Below the pieces are notes generated by a model that saw nothing but the letters and a program-made list of their open reading frames with translations, was not told the origin of the DNA and did no database searches. From positions 273,478 through 337,477 of the forward strand of contig CAXXXF010000018.1 in the NCBI GenBank assembly GCA_963667175.2: a DNA stretch of 64,000 bases. The letters are read 5' to 3'. Made by a program: the position numbers and the translations under genes. The DNA comes from Candidatus Latescibacterota bacterium. GTDB lineage: Bacteria; Latescibacterota; UBA2968; GCA-2709665. This document shows, piece after piece, positions 30,955 through 40,954 of this stretch (position 1 is the first letter of the stretch; each line of letters begins with the position of its first letter).

Positions 30955-31360
30955 AGGCGATGACCTCGTCGCGATTGTCGCGAAACCGCAGGAAACAGCC
31001 CCGAAACGGATCGAGCCGGTGCGGACGGTCGAAGGGGCTGAGAAACACGCCGTCCGGCAGAACGGTACGCCGGCGGATCCGGCCCCACGGGGTTGTCCGC
31101 CGCGCGCCCAGGTGGGCGATCAGGATATGCTCCTGGAGGAGTGCGTATCGTGTGGGAGCGAAGTAGCGGGACATCGAGGCCGTAAGCAGCACCGCCGCCA
31201 GGAAACCGAACGCGGGCGTTTCGAAGGCGAGGGCTGCCAGCACCGGAACCCCGAGGATGATCACGACCAGAAGGGCCGTCTTCTCGGGACGCTCGTGCCG
31301 GAGGGGATGGACGGTCCAGTGGAGTTCGGGGGCAGTTGAAGGGGTTCCCGGTCTGTCCAT
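30920..31360 (-). CDS. Membrane protein with 2 TM and a PH-like C-terminus
   Basis: LHWTVHP, two hydrophobic helices, GVFLSPFDRPHRLDPFRG. Confidence 0.7.
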   Translation of the reverse strand: MDRPGTPSTAPELHWTVHPLRHERPEKTALLVVIILGVPVLAALAFETPAFGFLAAVLLTASMSRYFAPTRYALLQEHILIAHLGARRTTPWGRIRRRTVLPDGVFLSPFDRPHRLDPFRGCFLRFRDNRDEVIAYVEARLANASP

Positions 31361-31444
31361 GCGTGCAGGAAATCGAGGATATAGAGACGGAGGGCCGGCT
31401 TGCGTTGGGCACGCCGGCGGGGGATCCTCGGTCGAGGCAGTTAC

Positions 31445-32320
31445 TCAGATTATTCGTCGGACGATCCGGGGTTCCTGTCTTGCATCGCTCAGGTTCCAGG
31501 CGTCCGTACCGTACTTTGTTGCGACAAGACGTTCCGCGTCGACCCTTTCCTCCCCAGTCATGGATGATTCGTCCAGGGCGACGCCCAGGGTCGCCTCAAA
31601 GCCGTCGCGCAGGGCGCGAGCGACCGCGTTGAATCCTGCGGGTCGATCGGCTTCCGCCAGTGAGATGGTGTGTCGTTCCAATTCCCGGCGGAAGCGTTCT
31701 TTCAGCGGCTGACCGCGGTCCGGCATCAGATCGATGAGCCGCTTGTGTTCCGGGCCCAGCAGCAGCGAGCCGTGCTGAAGGAGCGCCTCGCCGAGGCGTC
31801 GCTGGGCGCTGCCGATGATCTTCCTGCCGTCCAGTGTCACCTCGTACTGCGTTGTACTCGAAAAACAGGGGGACGTCAGGCCCTCGCCCCGCGGCGACGT
31901 CGCGGGAGAACGGCGGGGTTCGAACTCGGCGACGACGCCCAGGCGTCTCAGGCCCGCAACCAGGCATGCGCTGATCTTCCGGTAGGACTCCTGGATGGAC
32001 CCGCCCAACAGCGGGTCGTCCGCCCGGCAAAGTACGCTGTAGGTAAGTTCGTTCCAGTGGAGTACGGCGCGTCCGCCGCTGGGTCGGCGCACGAGATGAA
32101 TTCCGCGGCTTCGGCATCGATCCGCGTCGACTTCGCGTCCGACCTTTTGGGCATAGCCGAACGATACGGCCGGCGGCGTCCAGCCGAACGTCCGGACCGT
32201 GGGAGGCGAGCCACCGCCCGCAACGCCGCGCACGATGGCTTCGTCCACGGCCATATTGAAAAAGGCGTTTCCCGATCCGGTGTTCAGGAAACGCCATGGA
32301 CGTGATCCGGTCTCGTGCAT
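31445..32320 (-). CDS. Lipoate-protein ligase A / LipM-like octanoyltransferase
   Basis: NMAVDEA, VSFGYAQ, VRRPSGGRAVLH, ELTYS, GRKIIGSAQ, LQHGS. Confidence 0.9.
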   Translation of the reverse strand: MHETGSRPWRFLNTGSGNAFFNMAVDEAIVRGVAGGGSPPTVRTFGWTPPAVSFGYAQKVGREVDADRCRSRGIHLVRRPSGGRAVLHWNELTYSVLCRADDPLLGGSIQESYRKISACLVAGLRRLGVVAEFEPRRSPATSPRGEGLTSPCFSSTTQYEVTLDGRKIIGSAQRRLGEALLQHGSLLLGPEHKRLIDLMPDRGQPLKERFRRELERHTISLAEADRPAGFNAVARALRDGFEATLGVALDESSMTGEERVDAERLVATKYGTDAWNLSDARQEPRIVRRII

Positions 32321-32323
32321 GAT

Positions 32324-33016
32324 TCAGGAAACTCCCAGCTTTTCCAATGCCTCTTTCGCCGCCATCTGCTGAGCTGCTTTCTTGCTGCGGCCCGTTCCGA
32401 AGCCCATGCGTTCACCGCCGATCAGCACCTCAACATTGAACGTCTTGTGGTGGTCCGGTCCCTCTTCCGAACTGACCATATAACGGGGGTGACCCCGGCC
32501 TTCTCCCTGCGTATGTTCAAGAAGGGCGCTCTTGAAATTGAGGTGACTGTTGTTGGCGACAATCGCCTCGACGTTGCATAAGAGGTGGCGTTGTACGAAG
32601 GCATCCGCGGCCTTCAGGCCGCCGTCGAGATAGACCGCGCCGAGAATGGCTTCAAACGCGTCACCGATGATTGAGGTCCGGTCCCGGCCTCCCGCGAGGT
32701 CCTCTTCCTTGCTGAGAAGGACGTGGTGACCGAGGCTGATCGCCCGTCCCCGTTGCGCAAGAATGACCTTGCTGACAAGCACGGACTTGATCTGTGTGAG
32801 ATCGCCTTCGCGTTTGTTCTGAAATCTGCGATACAGGTTTTCGGTTACCAGCAAGTCCAGTACGGCGTCGCCCAGAAACTCCAGACGTTCGTTCGAAGCG
32901 ATGCTCCCTTCGTCCATGGCGTAAGCGTAGGAGCGGTGTTTGATCGCCTGGACCAGGAGATCGGGATCCGAAAATCGATAGCCGAGTCTTTCCTGGAGTT
33001 CTTCCGGGGAATACAC
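32324..33016 (-). CDS. rnc: Ribonuclease III
   Basis: NERLEFLGDAVL, DAFEAILGAVYLDGG, dsRBD GPDHHKTF...SKKAAQQ. Confidence 0.97.
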   Translation of the reverse strand: MYSPEELQERLGYRFSDPDLLVQAIKHRSYAYAMDEGSIASNERLEFLGDAVLDLLVTENLYRRFQNKREGDLTQIKSVLVSKVILAQRGRAISLGHHVLLSKEEDLAGGRDRTSIIGDAFEAILGAVYLDGGLKAADAFVQRHLLCNVEAIVANNSHLNFKSALLEHTQGEGRGHPRYMVSSEEGPDHHKTFNVEVLIGGERMGFGTGRSKKAAQQMAAKEALEKLGVS

Positions 33017-33285
33017 TTCCCGGTCGCGTGCGAGCCAGCGCGCAACCGCGTGTTTTATTCTGACGAATTCGATAAGCTTCGCCCTCCGGGAGCCGCCTTC
33101 CGTTCGCTGTTACGGACGTGTGAAAGATCAACCGGGCAGATGTTCTTTCCGGGAATCCTGCCCGTGGAAATTCGTCCGCCAGGTCTTGCGAAACGTGCGC
33201 GATCCGGTCTGGCGACGTCCACGCCGCTGAACCGACGCCGCCACGTCTGCGTCGCGGCGTCAGACGAAGTCTCCGGCTCCGCGCC

Positions 33286-34545
33286 TTACCGGCCGTCGTA
33301 TTCGCGCATGGCAAGCACCGCGTTGTGCCCGCCGAAGCCGAAGGAGTTGTTCAATGCCACCCGGACCGGCATTTCACGGGCCGCGTTCGGCACGTAGTCG
33401 AGATCGCACTCCGGGTCCGGGTGTTCGTAGTTGATGGTGGGAGGGACCCGGCCTTGATGAATGGCCAGGAGGCAGGCGATGCTCTCGATCGCGCCGGAGG
33501 CGCCCAGGAGGTGGCCCGTCATGGATTTGGTGGAACTGACCGCGGCTTGTTTCGCGTGATCGCCCAGGACCGACTTGATGGCCGCGGTTTCGGTCCGGTC
33601 GCCGATCGGAGTGGAGGTGCCGTGGGCATTGATGTAATCCACGTCTTCCGGGTTCAGTCCGGCCTGGTCCAGGGCGATTTTCATGGCCCTGGCGCCGCCT
33701 TCGCCGCCTGGCGCCATATCGGTAACGTGATACGCGTCGGCGGTGAACCCCGCGCCGGCGACCTCGGCGTAGATCCGCGCGCCCCGCCGGCGCGCGTGTT
33801 CCAGTTCTTCCAGGATGACTGTGCCGGCGCCCTCGCCGAGCACGAATCCGTCGCGTTCCACGTCGAAGGGCCGGCTGGCCGCCTGCGGATCCTCGTTGCG
33901 CGTGGACAGGGCTTTCATGGAGGCAAAGCCACCTACCGACATCGCGCTTACGGCCGCTTCGGCGCCGCCGGTGACCATGACGTCGGCCTCGTTGTGCCGG
34001 ATCTCCCTGAACGCGCTTCCGATGGCGTGCGCCGCGGACGAGCACGCCGATACCGTCGTGTAGTTCGGCCCCCTCGCGCCGAGCAGGATGGAAACCTGCC
34101 CGGAAGTCATGTCGGGAATCATCATGGGAATGAAAAAGGGACTGATCCGTCGCGCGCCCTTTTCCATGAGGACGGTGTGCTGTTCTTCGAAGGTCCAGAT
34201 GCCGCCGATGCCTGAACCGATGACCACGCCCATGCGGTCGGGGTTCACGGCGTCCACGTCCAGGTCCGCGTCCGCGACCGCCATCTTCGCGCAGCAGACG
34301 GCGTACTGGGTGCACAGGTCGTTTCTCCGAACCAGTCTCCGGTCGAGGCCGAACCGGTTCGGGTCGAAATCCTTCAATTCGCCTGCGAACGTGACCCGGA
34401 ACCCGGCCGGATCGAAACGTCTGATGCGATCCACGCCGCTTTCGCCGTTGAGCAACGCGTCCCAGTAGGCGTCGGTGTTCAGTCCGTTCGGCGCGAGCAC
34501 GCCGAGGCCCGTCACGACAACCCTTCGATTTCCGTCCAAGGGCAC
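33286..34545 (-). CDS. fabF: Beta-ketoacyl-ACP synthase II
   Basis: RRVVVTG, SACSS, NAHGTST, KSMTGHLLGA, NSFGFGGHN. Confidence 0.96.
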   Translation of the reverse strand: MPLDGNRRVVVTGLGVLAPNGLNTDAYWDALLNGESGVDRIRRFDPAGFRVTFAGELKDFDPNRFGLDRRLVRRNDLCTQYAVCCAKMAVADADLDVDAVNPDRMGVVIGSGIGGIWTFEEQHTVLMEKGARRISPFFIPMMIPDMTSGQVSILLGARGPNYTTVSACSSAAHAIGSAFREIRHNEADVMVTGGAEAAVSAMSVGGFASMKALSTRNEDPQAASRPFDVERDGFVLGEGAGTVILEELEHARRRGARIYAEVAGAGFTADAYHVTDMAPGGEGGARAMKIALDQAGLNPEDVDYINAHGTSTPIGDRTETAAIKSVLGDHAKQAAVSSTKSMTGHLLGASGAIESIACLLAIHQGRVPPTINYEHPDPECDLDYVPNAAREMPVRVALNNSFGFGGHNAVLAMREYDGR

Positions 34546-34689
34546 CTTCTCTCAAATGCCAATGTTCGCGTCGGCGCGAACTCCTGTCAGATCCTGTCCT
34601 TCCGCCGCGGTCGCGTTACCGCTCGCACGGCTGGCGCTCGCCTCCAGATTGCCGGCGCGACGTGACATGGCTGCCGCCTGAGCGGCAGG

Positions 34690-34932
34690 CTATTCGTTGA
34701 GGCGTTGATTGAGATAATCCGTGACGTCGCTTACAGTTTCCAGTTTTTCGGCGTCTTCGTCCGGCACTTCCATATCGAATTCCTCCTCGAAGGCCATCAC
34801 AAGTTCCACCGTGTCGAGTGAATCCGCGCCCAGATCATCTATGAAATGGGCTTCCGGAGTGACGCTGTCGGCGTCAACGCCCAACTGGTCTACGATAAGA
34901 TCGACGACTTTCTGCTGAATATCTTCAGCCAT
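34690..34932 (-). CDS. acpP: Acyl carrier protein
   Basis: [20 protein letters not shown]. Confidence 0.97.
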   Translation of the reverse strand: MAEDIQQKVVDLIVDQLGVDADSVTPEAHFIDDLGADSLDTVELVMAFEEEFDMEVPDEDAEKLETVSDVTDYLNQRLNE

Positions 34933-35051
34933 GGCAATGATTTCCCTCCTTTGTGGCGAACGGCGAACACCCGCGAGCCGGCGGGCGCAACCCTCCGTTC
35001 ACGTCTGTCGTCATACGGTTCACGTTTGACTTGCTGTGCCTTGACAATACA

Positions 35052-35798
35052 CTACATCACCAACCCGCCGTCCACCACCAGGACCTGCCCCGTGACGTAT
35101 GCGGCGTCGCTCGATGCCAGAAATGCGACCGCCGCCGCGATATCTTCGGGTTTCCCCGGCGTGCCCAGCGGAACCTGTTCAAGTATCTTTTCTTTTAGAT
35201 TTTCAGGGAGTTTTTCCGTCATTTCGGTAGGAATATATCCAGGCGCGACCACGTTGGCGGTAATACTCCTGCCGGCCAGTTCCTTTGCGGCCGTCTTCGT
35301 CAGGCCGATCAGTCCTGACTTTGCCGCCGTATAGCCGGCCTGTCCGGGGTTGCCGATGAGTCCCGTTACGGACGAGATATTGATGATTCGCCCGGACCGG
35401 GCCCTCATCATCGGCCGCACGGCCGCCTGCATGCACAGGAACGCCCCCTTCAGATTGACGTCGAGAACGGCGTCCCAGTCGTCGGGTTTGAGTCGCATCA
35501 GCAGCCCGTCGCGGGCGATTCCGGCATTGTTGACGAGAATGTCCAGGGCGCCCCAGCGATCCAGGACGGACTTGAAGAGGGTTTTGACGTCGGCCGGGTT
35601 CGCAACGTCCGCCTGCAGGGCGAGCGCGCTGCCGCCGCGCCCCTCGATGGCTTCGGCTACAGCCTCCGCGCGGTCGAGGCTCCGGCTGGCGCAGACCGCC
35701 ACCCTGGCGCCTTCGTCCGCCAGCCGGTTGGCGATGGCTTCGCCGATCCCGCGGGACCCTCCGGTGACGATTGCGATCCTGTCCTTCAGGCGATTCAT
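35052..35798 (-). CDS. fabG: 3-oxoacyl-ACP reductase
   Basis: TGGSRGIG, NNAGIARD, GNPGQAGYTAAK; fab context. Confidence 0.95.
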   Translation of the reverse strand: MNRLKDRIAIVTGGSRGIGEAIANRLADEGARVAVCASRSLDRAEAVAEAIEGRGGSALALQADVANPADVKTLFKSVLDRWGALDILVNNAGIARDGLLMRLKPDDWDAVLDVNLKGAFLCMQAAVRPMMRARSGRIINISSVTGLIGNPGQAGYTAAKSGLIGLTKTAAKELAGRSITANVVAPGYIPTEMTEKLPENLKEKILEQVPLGTPGKPEDIAAAVAFLASSDAAYVTGQVLVVDGGLVM

Positions 35799-36715
35799 AT
35801 CGCAAGACTTTCCAGGTCGGGAAGGGTTCCGACCGACGAAACGGCGACGCGCCTGTCGATGCGTCGCATCAGGGCCTTGAGCGTATTGCCCGGTCCGGCT
35901 TCAATCGCCCGGTCCACGCCTTCCGAAACCAGACGCGCCATGGACTCCGTCCATCGGACGGGTGAAATCACCTGTCTGATCAGAAGGTCTTTGAGCAGGT
36001 CCGGATCGGTCGTGGGTTCGGCCGTCGTGTTCGGCACGACGGGGATGCGCGCCGGCGTGAATGGGACGTTCGCGAGGGCGCCCTCCAGCGTGCCCAGAGC
36101 GGATTGCATGAGCCCCGAGTGAAAAGCGCCGCTGACCTGGAGTTCTACGACCCGCCGGGCGCCTTCGTCCGACGCCTTCTGCATCGCCCGTTTCACGGCG
36201 GTCGGTTCTCCCGAAATGACGACCTGGCCGGGGCAGTTGAAGTTGGCGGGCACGACCACGACATTGGGACCCAGCGAGTTGCAAAGGTCCACGACCGCGC
36301 TGTCGCTCTGACCGATGATGGCCGCCATGGTGCCGGGGTGCATCTTCCCCGCGGCATGCATGGCCCGCCCCCGGAGCCCGACGATCCGGACGCCGTCTTC
36401 CAGAGACATCACACCGGCGGCGACCAGCGCCGCCAACTCGCCCACGCTGTGTCCGGCCACGAAATCGGGGTGGATGCCCCGGTCCTTCAGAATTTCAAAT
36501 ACCGAGACGCTGTGCGCGAAGATGGCCGGCTGCGTGATGGCCGTTTGTTTCAGGGATTCTTCCGGGCCGTCGAAACAGAACGTCTTCAGCCCCGTCTCGG
36601 AGATCCGGTCCGTCAGATTGAACACGTACTGGGCGATCGGGGAGGCAGTGTAAAGATCGCTGGCCATCCCCACGTATTGCGCCCCCTGGCCGGGGAATAG
36701 AAAAGCTAAGGACAT
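35795..36715 (-). CDS. fabD: Malonyl-CoA:ACP transacylase
   Basis: FPGQGAQ, AGHSVGE, SGAFHS. Confidence 0.96.
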   Translation of the reverse strand: MSLAFLFPGQGAQYVGMASDLYTASPIAQYVFNLTDRISETGLKTFCFDGPEESLKQTAITQPAIFAHSVSVFEILKDRGIHPDFVAGHSVGELAALVAAGVMSLEDGVRIVGLRGRAMHAAGKMHPGTMAAIIGQSDSAVVDLCNSLGPNVVVVPANFNCPGQVVISGEPTAVKRAMQKASDEGARRVVELQVSGAFHSGLMQSALGTLEGALANVPFTPARIPVVPNTTAEPTTDPDLLKDLLIRQVISPVRWTESMARLVSEGVDRAIEAGPGNTLKALMRRIDRRVAVSSVGTLPDLESLAI

Positions 36716-36761
36716 ATAGGTCTGCGTGTGGCGTCCTGCGACCGGCTCCGGAATGACAGCA

Positions 36762-37757
36762 TCAATAGGCCCATTTCAAGAGGGCGCTGCCCCAGGTGTA
36801 CCCGGCCCCGGCGCTGGCCAGAACGATATAGTCGCCCTGCCTGACGCGGTTCTGTTCGACGGCTTCGGAAAGGGCGATGGGGATGGTGCCGCAGGTGGTG
36901 TTGGCATAACGATCGATGTTGACGAGAACCCGTTCCGGCGCCAGCTTCATCCGGCGGGCCGTGGCATCGATGATTCGTCTATTCGCCTGGTGAGGCACGA
37001 GCAGGGCGATATCGTCGCCGCTGAGCCCGTTCCGCTTGAGCAGATCGGCTGACACCGCGGCCATGCTGCTGCTGGCGAACTTGAGCACGCGCGGCCCGTC
37101 CTGTTGAACGTAGTGCATCTTCCTGTCCACCGTTTCGTGGCTGGCCGGACGAAGGCTGCCGCCGGCCGGCTGGCAGAGGTATTTGCCGCCCGATCCGTCC
37201 ACGTTCAGGATAAAGTCCCTGATGCCGGACCCGGAATCGTCGGGTTCCAGGAGGACAGCGCCCGCGCCGTCTCCGAAGAGGACGCAGGTTTCCCGGTTCG
37301 TGTAGTCGACGACCGAACTCATCTTGTCGGATCCGATGACAACCACTTTGCTGTGGGCGCCGCTTTCGACGAACTGACCGCCCACGACCAGCGCGTACAG
37401 GAACCCGCAACACGCGGCGGAAAGGTCGAATCCCCACGCGTTATCGGCCCCCACCTCGTGCTGTACCAGACACGCGGTGGCAGGATAAATCATGTCCGGG
37501 GTCACCGTTGCGACGATGATCAGATCAATTTCACGTGCATCCAGGTCTCTCTGTTCGAGCAGCGCCTCCATCGCCCGCGTGGCCATATGTGAAGCGCCCA
37601 GGCCGTCGTCGAGGATGCGGCGCTCTACGATACCCGTTCGCGTTCGAATCCATTCGTCCGTGGTATCTACCATCTCTTCAAGTTCGGCATTCGTCAGCCG
37701 GCGTTCGGGGAGAAAGCGGGAGACGCCGGTGACGGCAGCATTGACTTTTTTATTCAT
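36762..37757 (-). CDS. fabH: Beta-ketoacyl-ACP synthase III
   Basis: WIRTRTGI, AACCGF, FGDGAGA, PHQAN, YANT. Confidence 0.95.
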   Translation of the reverse strand: MNKKVNAAVTGVSRFLPERRLTNAELEEMVDTTDEWIRTRTGIVERRILDDGLGASHMATRAMEALLEQRDLDAREIDLIIVATVTPDMIYPATACLVQHEVGADNAWGFDLSAACCGFLYALVVGGQFVESGAHSKVVVIGSDKMSSVVDYTNRETCVLFGDGAGAVLLEPDDSGSGIRDFILNVDGSGGKYLCQPAGGSLRPASHETVDRKMHYVQQDGPRVLKFASSSMAAVSADLLKRNGLSGDDIALLVPHQANRRIIDATARRMKLAPERVLVNIDRYANTTCGTIPIALSEAVEQNRVRQGDYIVLASAGAGYTWGSALLKWAY

Positions 37758-37813
37758 AGGCAAGGGTTACGATTCAGGGAATGGCGGACGGGTGGCGCGG
37801 CCGGGGCCGGCAA

Positions 37814-37996
37814 TCAGACGCTTTCGCCTTCGGTGACCTCGCGGCCGTTGTATTGTCCGCAGTTGGCGCAAACCCGGTGAGGCCTGCGCGGCTGCCCGCA
37901 GTTGGGACAGGCGGAGAAAGCGGGGCTCCTCAGCTTCCAGTGCGTACGCCGTTTACCGGTCCTGGAATTGGAACTTCTGCGTTTAGGGTGCGCCAT
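37814..37996 (-). CDS. rpmF: 50S ribosomal protein L32 (Zn-ribbon form)
   Basis: MAHPKRR...CPNCG...PHRVCANCG. Confidence 0.95.
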   Translation of the reverse strand: MAHPKRRSSNSRTGKRRTHWKLRSPAFSACPNCGQPRRPHRVCANCGQYNGREVTEGESV

Positions 37997-38010
37997 TTCG
38001 ATGTGCTCCT

Positions 38011-38523
38011 TCAGGATTGCTCTTTAAGTGCCCTCAGGGCCTCCCAACGGGGATCGATCCGGATTGAGGTGCAGTTACACTGCGTAAGGTTGAGGTTTTC
38101 GCCGCAGGTCGGGCAGAGCCCCTCGCAGGACGACTTGCACAGGGGATTCAGAGGCATCTCGAGCAGGATATAGTCCTTGATCTCCTCGCCAAGGTCCACC
38201 TTGTCTCCGGACTCATCCAGAAAGATGAGCGTTTCGTCTTCATCGTCCTTCATGGCTTCCGGCCGGCTCTTCTGAAACACGAACCTGAAGTCGCACGCGA
38301 GTGAGAACGAAACGGGCTCCAGGCACCTCACGCACTCGAGACGCAGGTCGGCGCGCGTCTCGCCGCTTGCGGAAATGGACTCGCCCAACTTGACGAATTC
38401 GATGCGCGTCTTGATAGGGCCGACGAACTGCAGGTCCTCATCCTGAATATGCAGTTCGTCGGGTGTCTCTTCCCAGTCGAGACTGGCCGTTCCGTCCTCG
38501 AGTTCGTTGAGCGCGACGATCAT
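38011..38523 (-). CDS. yceD: DUF177/YceD protein
   Basis: [27 protein letters not shown]; directly upstream of rpmF. Confidence 0.93.
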   Translation of the reverse strand: MIVALNELEDGTASLDWEETPDELHIQDEDLQFVGPIKTRIEFVKLGESISASGETRADLRLECVRCLEPVSFSLACDFRFVFQKSRPEAMKDDEDETLIFLDESGDKVDLGEEIKDYILLEMPLNPLCKSSCEGLCPTCGENLNLTQCNCTSIRIDPRWEALRALKEQS

Positions 38524-38695
38524 TCAGAAGATCCGTTGGGCCACGAGTTTCAGATCACAGCAGTATCGGCATTATCTGCTACGGGTTCGTACTATCCAAG
38601 AATCCAAGTCCCAGCGCAACGAGAGGTTGTATGTGGGGTTAGGTTAATGCAGCGAGTAAATTGCGTTTTCAATCACCTGAGAAATCGCTAAACGT

Positions 38696-39547
38696 CTAAG
38701 GTTCTTTGCGCCGGAAGTCTTTTAGTGGTCGACCATTCTTATCCTTCCACGCTCTATTTCCATTGGTCCTGCCTCCCAATAGAACACCGGCTGCCGTAGA
38801 CGGGGACGCAAATGGGTGATCCTTAGTGAATTTGTACTTGTCCCCGCTCGCCTCAAGGATTTGGTCCTTTTCAATCAATTGCCGCCGAAGTTCAGAAAGT
38901 GATCGAGATATCGATCCAACTTCCTCCGTGACGGCTAGGGATCCGGCCCGGACAACGAACCTTTCTCCATCAATATAGCATCTCGCCGTTATTCCTTTGG
39001 AATTGAGAAAGAGTTCCTTAATCTCAGGTTTGGGTGGCTCTCCGAAGACATCTATCCCAACGAAAGGAAGACACAATAACATTTCATCCAGATAGGACTC
39101 CGCAAGCGAGATATCCGATTCTGATAGCGCAGGAGGCCTAGGGTCATTTTTGTTAATTGGATTGCAGCGCCGTGACTCTTTGGCCAGTTCCACTAATTTC
39201 GCTTCAAGGTGTTTGAAATGGGCGTTGTTCAGGATCTTACCTTGGCTTGTGAAAACGACGCCACGGCTCCACGATAATTTTACGCTGTTCGCTTGTACTT
39301 GCAGCCTCTCATTCAACGTGCCACTGGAACCAATATAAATGGACGGCTGTTGATCGACTGTGGCGTCATTCCAAAGTACATATACCCCACTTTCGGTAAG
39401 CTTGAATTGCCTTAGGACTGAAGTCAATACCGAACGACTAAATACCAGACCCTGACCAGTCCAGCCAGGTTTGACGATCCTGCGCGTGTTTTCCAACTTG
39501 CCAGAGTATACGTGTATCCTCACTTCGTAACTTTGTCGTACACGCAT
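38696..39547 (-). CDS. GIY-YIG nuclease + DUF4357 protein
   Basis: GVYVL...IYIG..RL, LEAKL, FASPSTAAGVLLG..NG..AWK; visibly lower GC. Confidence 0.85.
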   Translation of the reverse strand: MRVRQSYEVRIHVYSGKLENTRRIVKPGWTGQGLVFSRSVLTSVLRQFKLTESGVYVLWNDATVDQQPSIYIGSSGTLNERLQVQANSVKLSWSRGVVFTSQGKILNNAHFKHLEAKLVELAKESRRCNPINKNDPRPPALSESDISLAESYLDEMLLCLPFVGIDVFGEPPKPEIKELFLNSKGITARCYIDGERFVVRAGSLAVTEEVGSISRSLSELRRQLIEKDQILEASGDKYKFTKDHPFASPSTAAGVLLGGRTNGNRAWKDKNGRPLKDFRRKEP

Positions 39548-39713
39548 AACACTATCCTTCGGCGATTCTTAAGTTAACCTCATGTGAGCAGAGAATCCGT
39601 ACAACTTAATGGGTATATTTCAGAATTCCTCACGGTATGATTAGACTCTCTATTGCTCGTTGCTGATAAATCAAGGCTAACTGCAGGTCTGGGGACTTGT
39701 GTTTCAGCGGTGA

Positions 39714-40940
39714 TTATGCCACCTCTTGCCGGGCATTGACGGGACATCCTGCTTCTGGCAACGACACGAGCCCCTTGTTCTTAATTTCCTCCCAAATCTT
39801 ACCAACACCACATGCGAGTTCTTCAACGTACTCAGCCCTTGTTTGTTCGTTCGCAAGCAACTCAAGGTGCTCTCGATTCGGATGCCTGAGATTCGGATTC
39901 AGGTCCGTCGGTTTCCAACACAACCACGGCCATTTGTTGTTTTTGGCCCCTCCCGCGAATCCCTCAAGTTGGTGCCTTATCTTGTTGTACTCATCTGGAT
40001 CACTAGCCTGCCAACAATTAACGCCAAAGAAAATATGATGATCAACCTCAATACCCAGCTTTGCACCTGGACTAAAGGGAAAATACAGGCCGTGCCATTT
40101 GTAATTCCTCTTAAATGTGACGAAGCGCCGAATTCTACCGCGGGTAATATCGGTGGGTTCGCCACTGTCGGGAAGATCTGTCGTTTTCTTTATCCTGTCT
40201 TCAATCTCGTGCCACAATTTTTCCAAAAGTAAGATTCTCGCTTCAGTTATTGCACTGGTCAAGTCATGAACGAGTACGAGGTTTTCCTCTTTCAGGCAAA
40301 GATCCCTTAATTCCGTCAAATACGCCTTACTCATGTTCGTCCCAGTCAACTGACCAACTAAATGCCGATATTGTGCAATTGATTCCCGCAATTCTGGCTC
40401 GTCAAATGCCCGTTTCTGGCATCTTTCCAGCCAGGGACGAATGTCGTCCCTGTACGAGATGCATCTAACGTCAAGATCGCCTTTGCTGTGTTCCTCGGGT
40501 TCGTGGCCGTCAAGTGTCAGGTATAGCAGATGTGCCTTTTTGTAGCCTGCCTTCAACTGATCTTCGGCATATCTCAGGAGTTGCTCTGGTTGATCCGCCG
40601 CCCAGATTTTATTCTCTATTACAACTGACTGCTTGGCTCGGGGATCTCGAATCAAGATATCGACGTTGTCACGCTCTCTTTCGACAATTGCATGGTCTTC
40701 GTCGAGTCCGTCAATACCTACGGCGCACAGAAAATCCTCGAGATTGTCCCGGGTCGCGGCATGGGGATTCCGATAGCTGAGCAGCGCGTGGAGAAACCGG
40801 GAATGGAGATTCACCTCGTCGTGAGTGCTTCGGAGTACCGAGAACACATTGAAAGGTTTCGGTCGGCCAGTTTCGTGTTTCTCGTAAAGCCTTCCCGCTT
40901 CCGCCAACAACAGCCTAAAATCGTTGATGGTGCACGGCAT
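39714..40940 (-). CDS. PD-(D/E)XK nuclease family protein
   Basis: FNVFSVL, EVNLHSRFL, ERE..VDIL, IENKIWAADQPEQL.RY, YLTLDG. Confidence 0.85.
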   Translation of the reverse strand: MPCTINDFRLLLAEAGRLYEKHETGRPKPFNVFSVLRSTHDEVNLHSRFLHALLSYRNPHAATRDNLEDFLCAVGIDGLDEDHAIVERERDNVDILIRDPRAKQSVVIENKIWAADQPEQLLRYAEDQLKAGYKKAHLLYLTLDGHEPEEHSKGDLDVRCISYRDDIRPWLERCQKRAFDEPELRESIAQYRHLVGQLTGTNMSKAYLTELRDLCLKEENLVLVHDLTSAITEARILLLEKLWHEIEDRIKKTTDLPDSGEPTDITRGRIRRFVTFKRNYKWHGLYFPFSPGAKLGIEVDHHIFFGVNCWQASDPDEYNKIRHQLEGFAGGAKNNKWPWLCWKPTDLNPNLRHPNREHLELLANEQTRAEYVEELACGVGKIWEEIKNKGLVSLPEAGCPVNARQEVA

Positions 40941-40954
40941 ATCCTGTCATTTAC

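Noticed and set aside
23336-32320. Barrel-sandwich protein as the lipoylation target of the nearby lipoate ligase
   Set aside because: The Lys in FKTTVESP is not at the canonical lipoyl hairpin spacing, and the ligase is adequately explained by the adjacent fab cluster.
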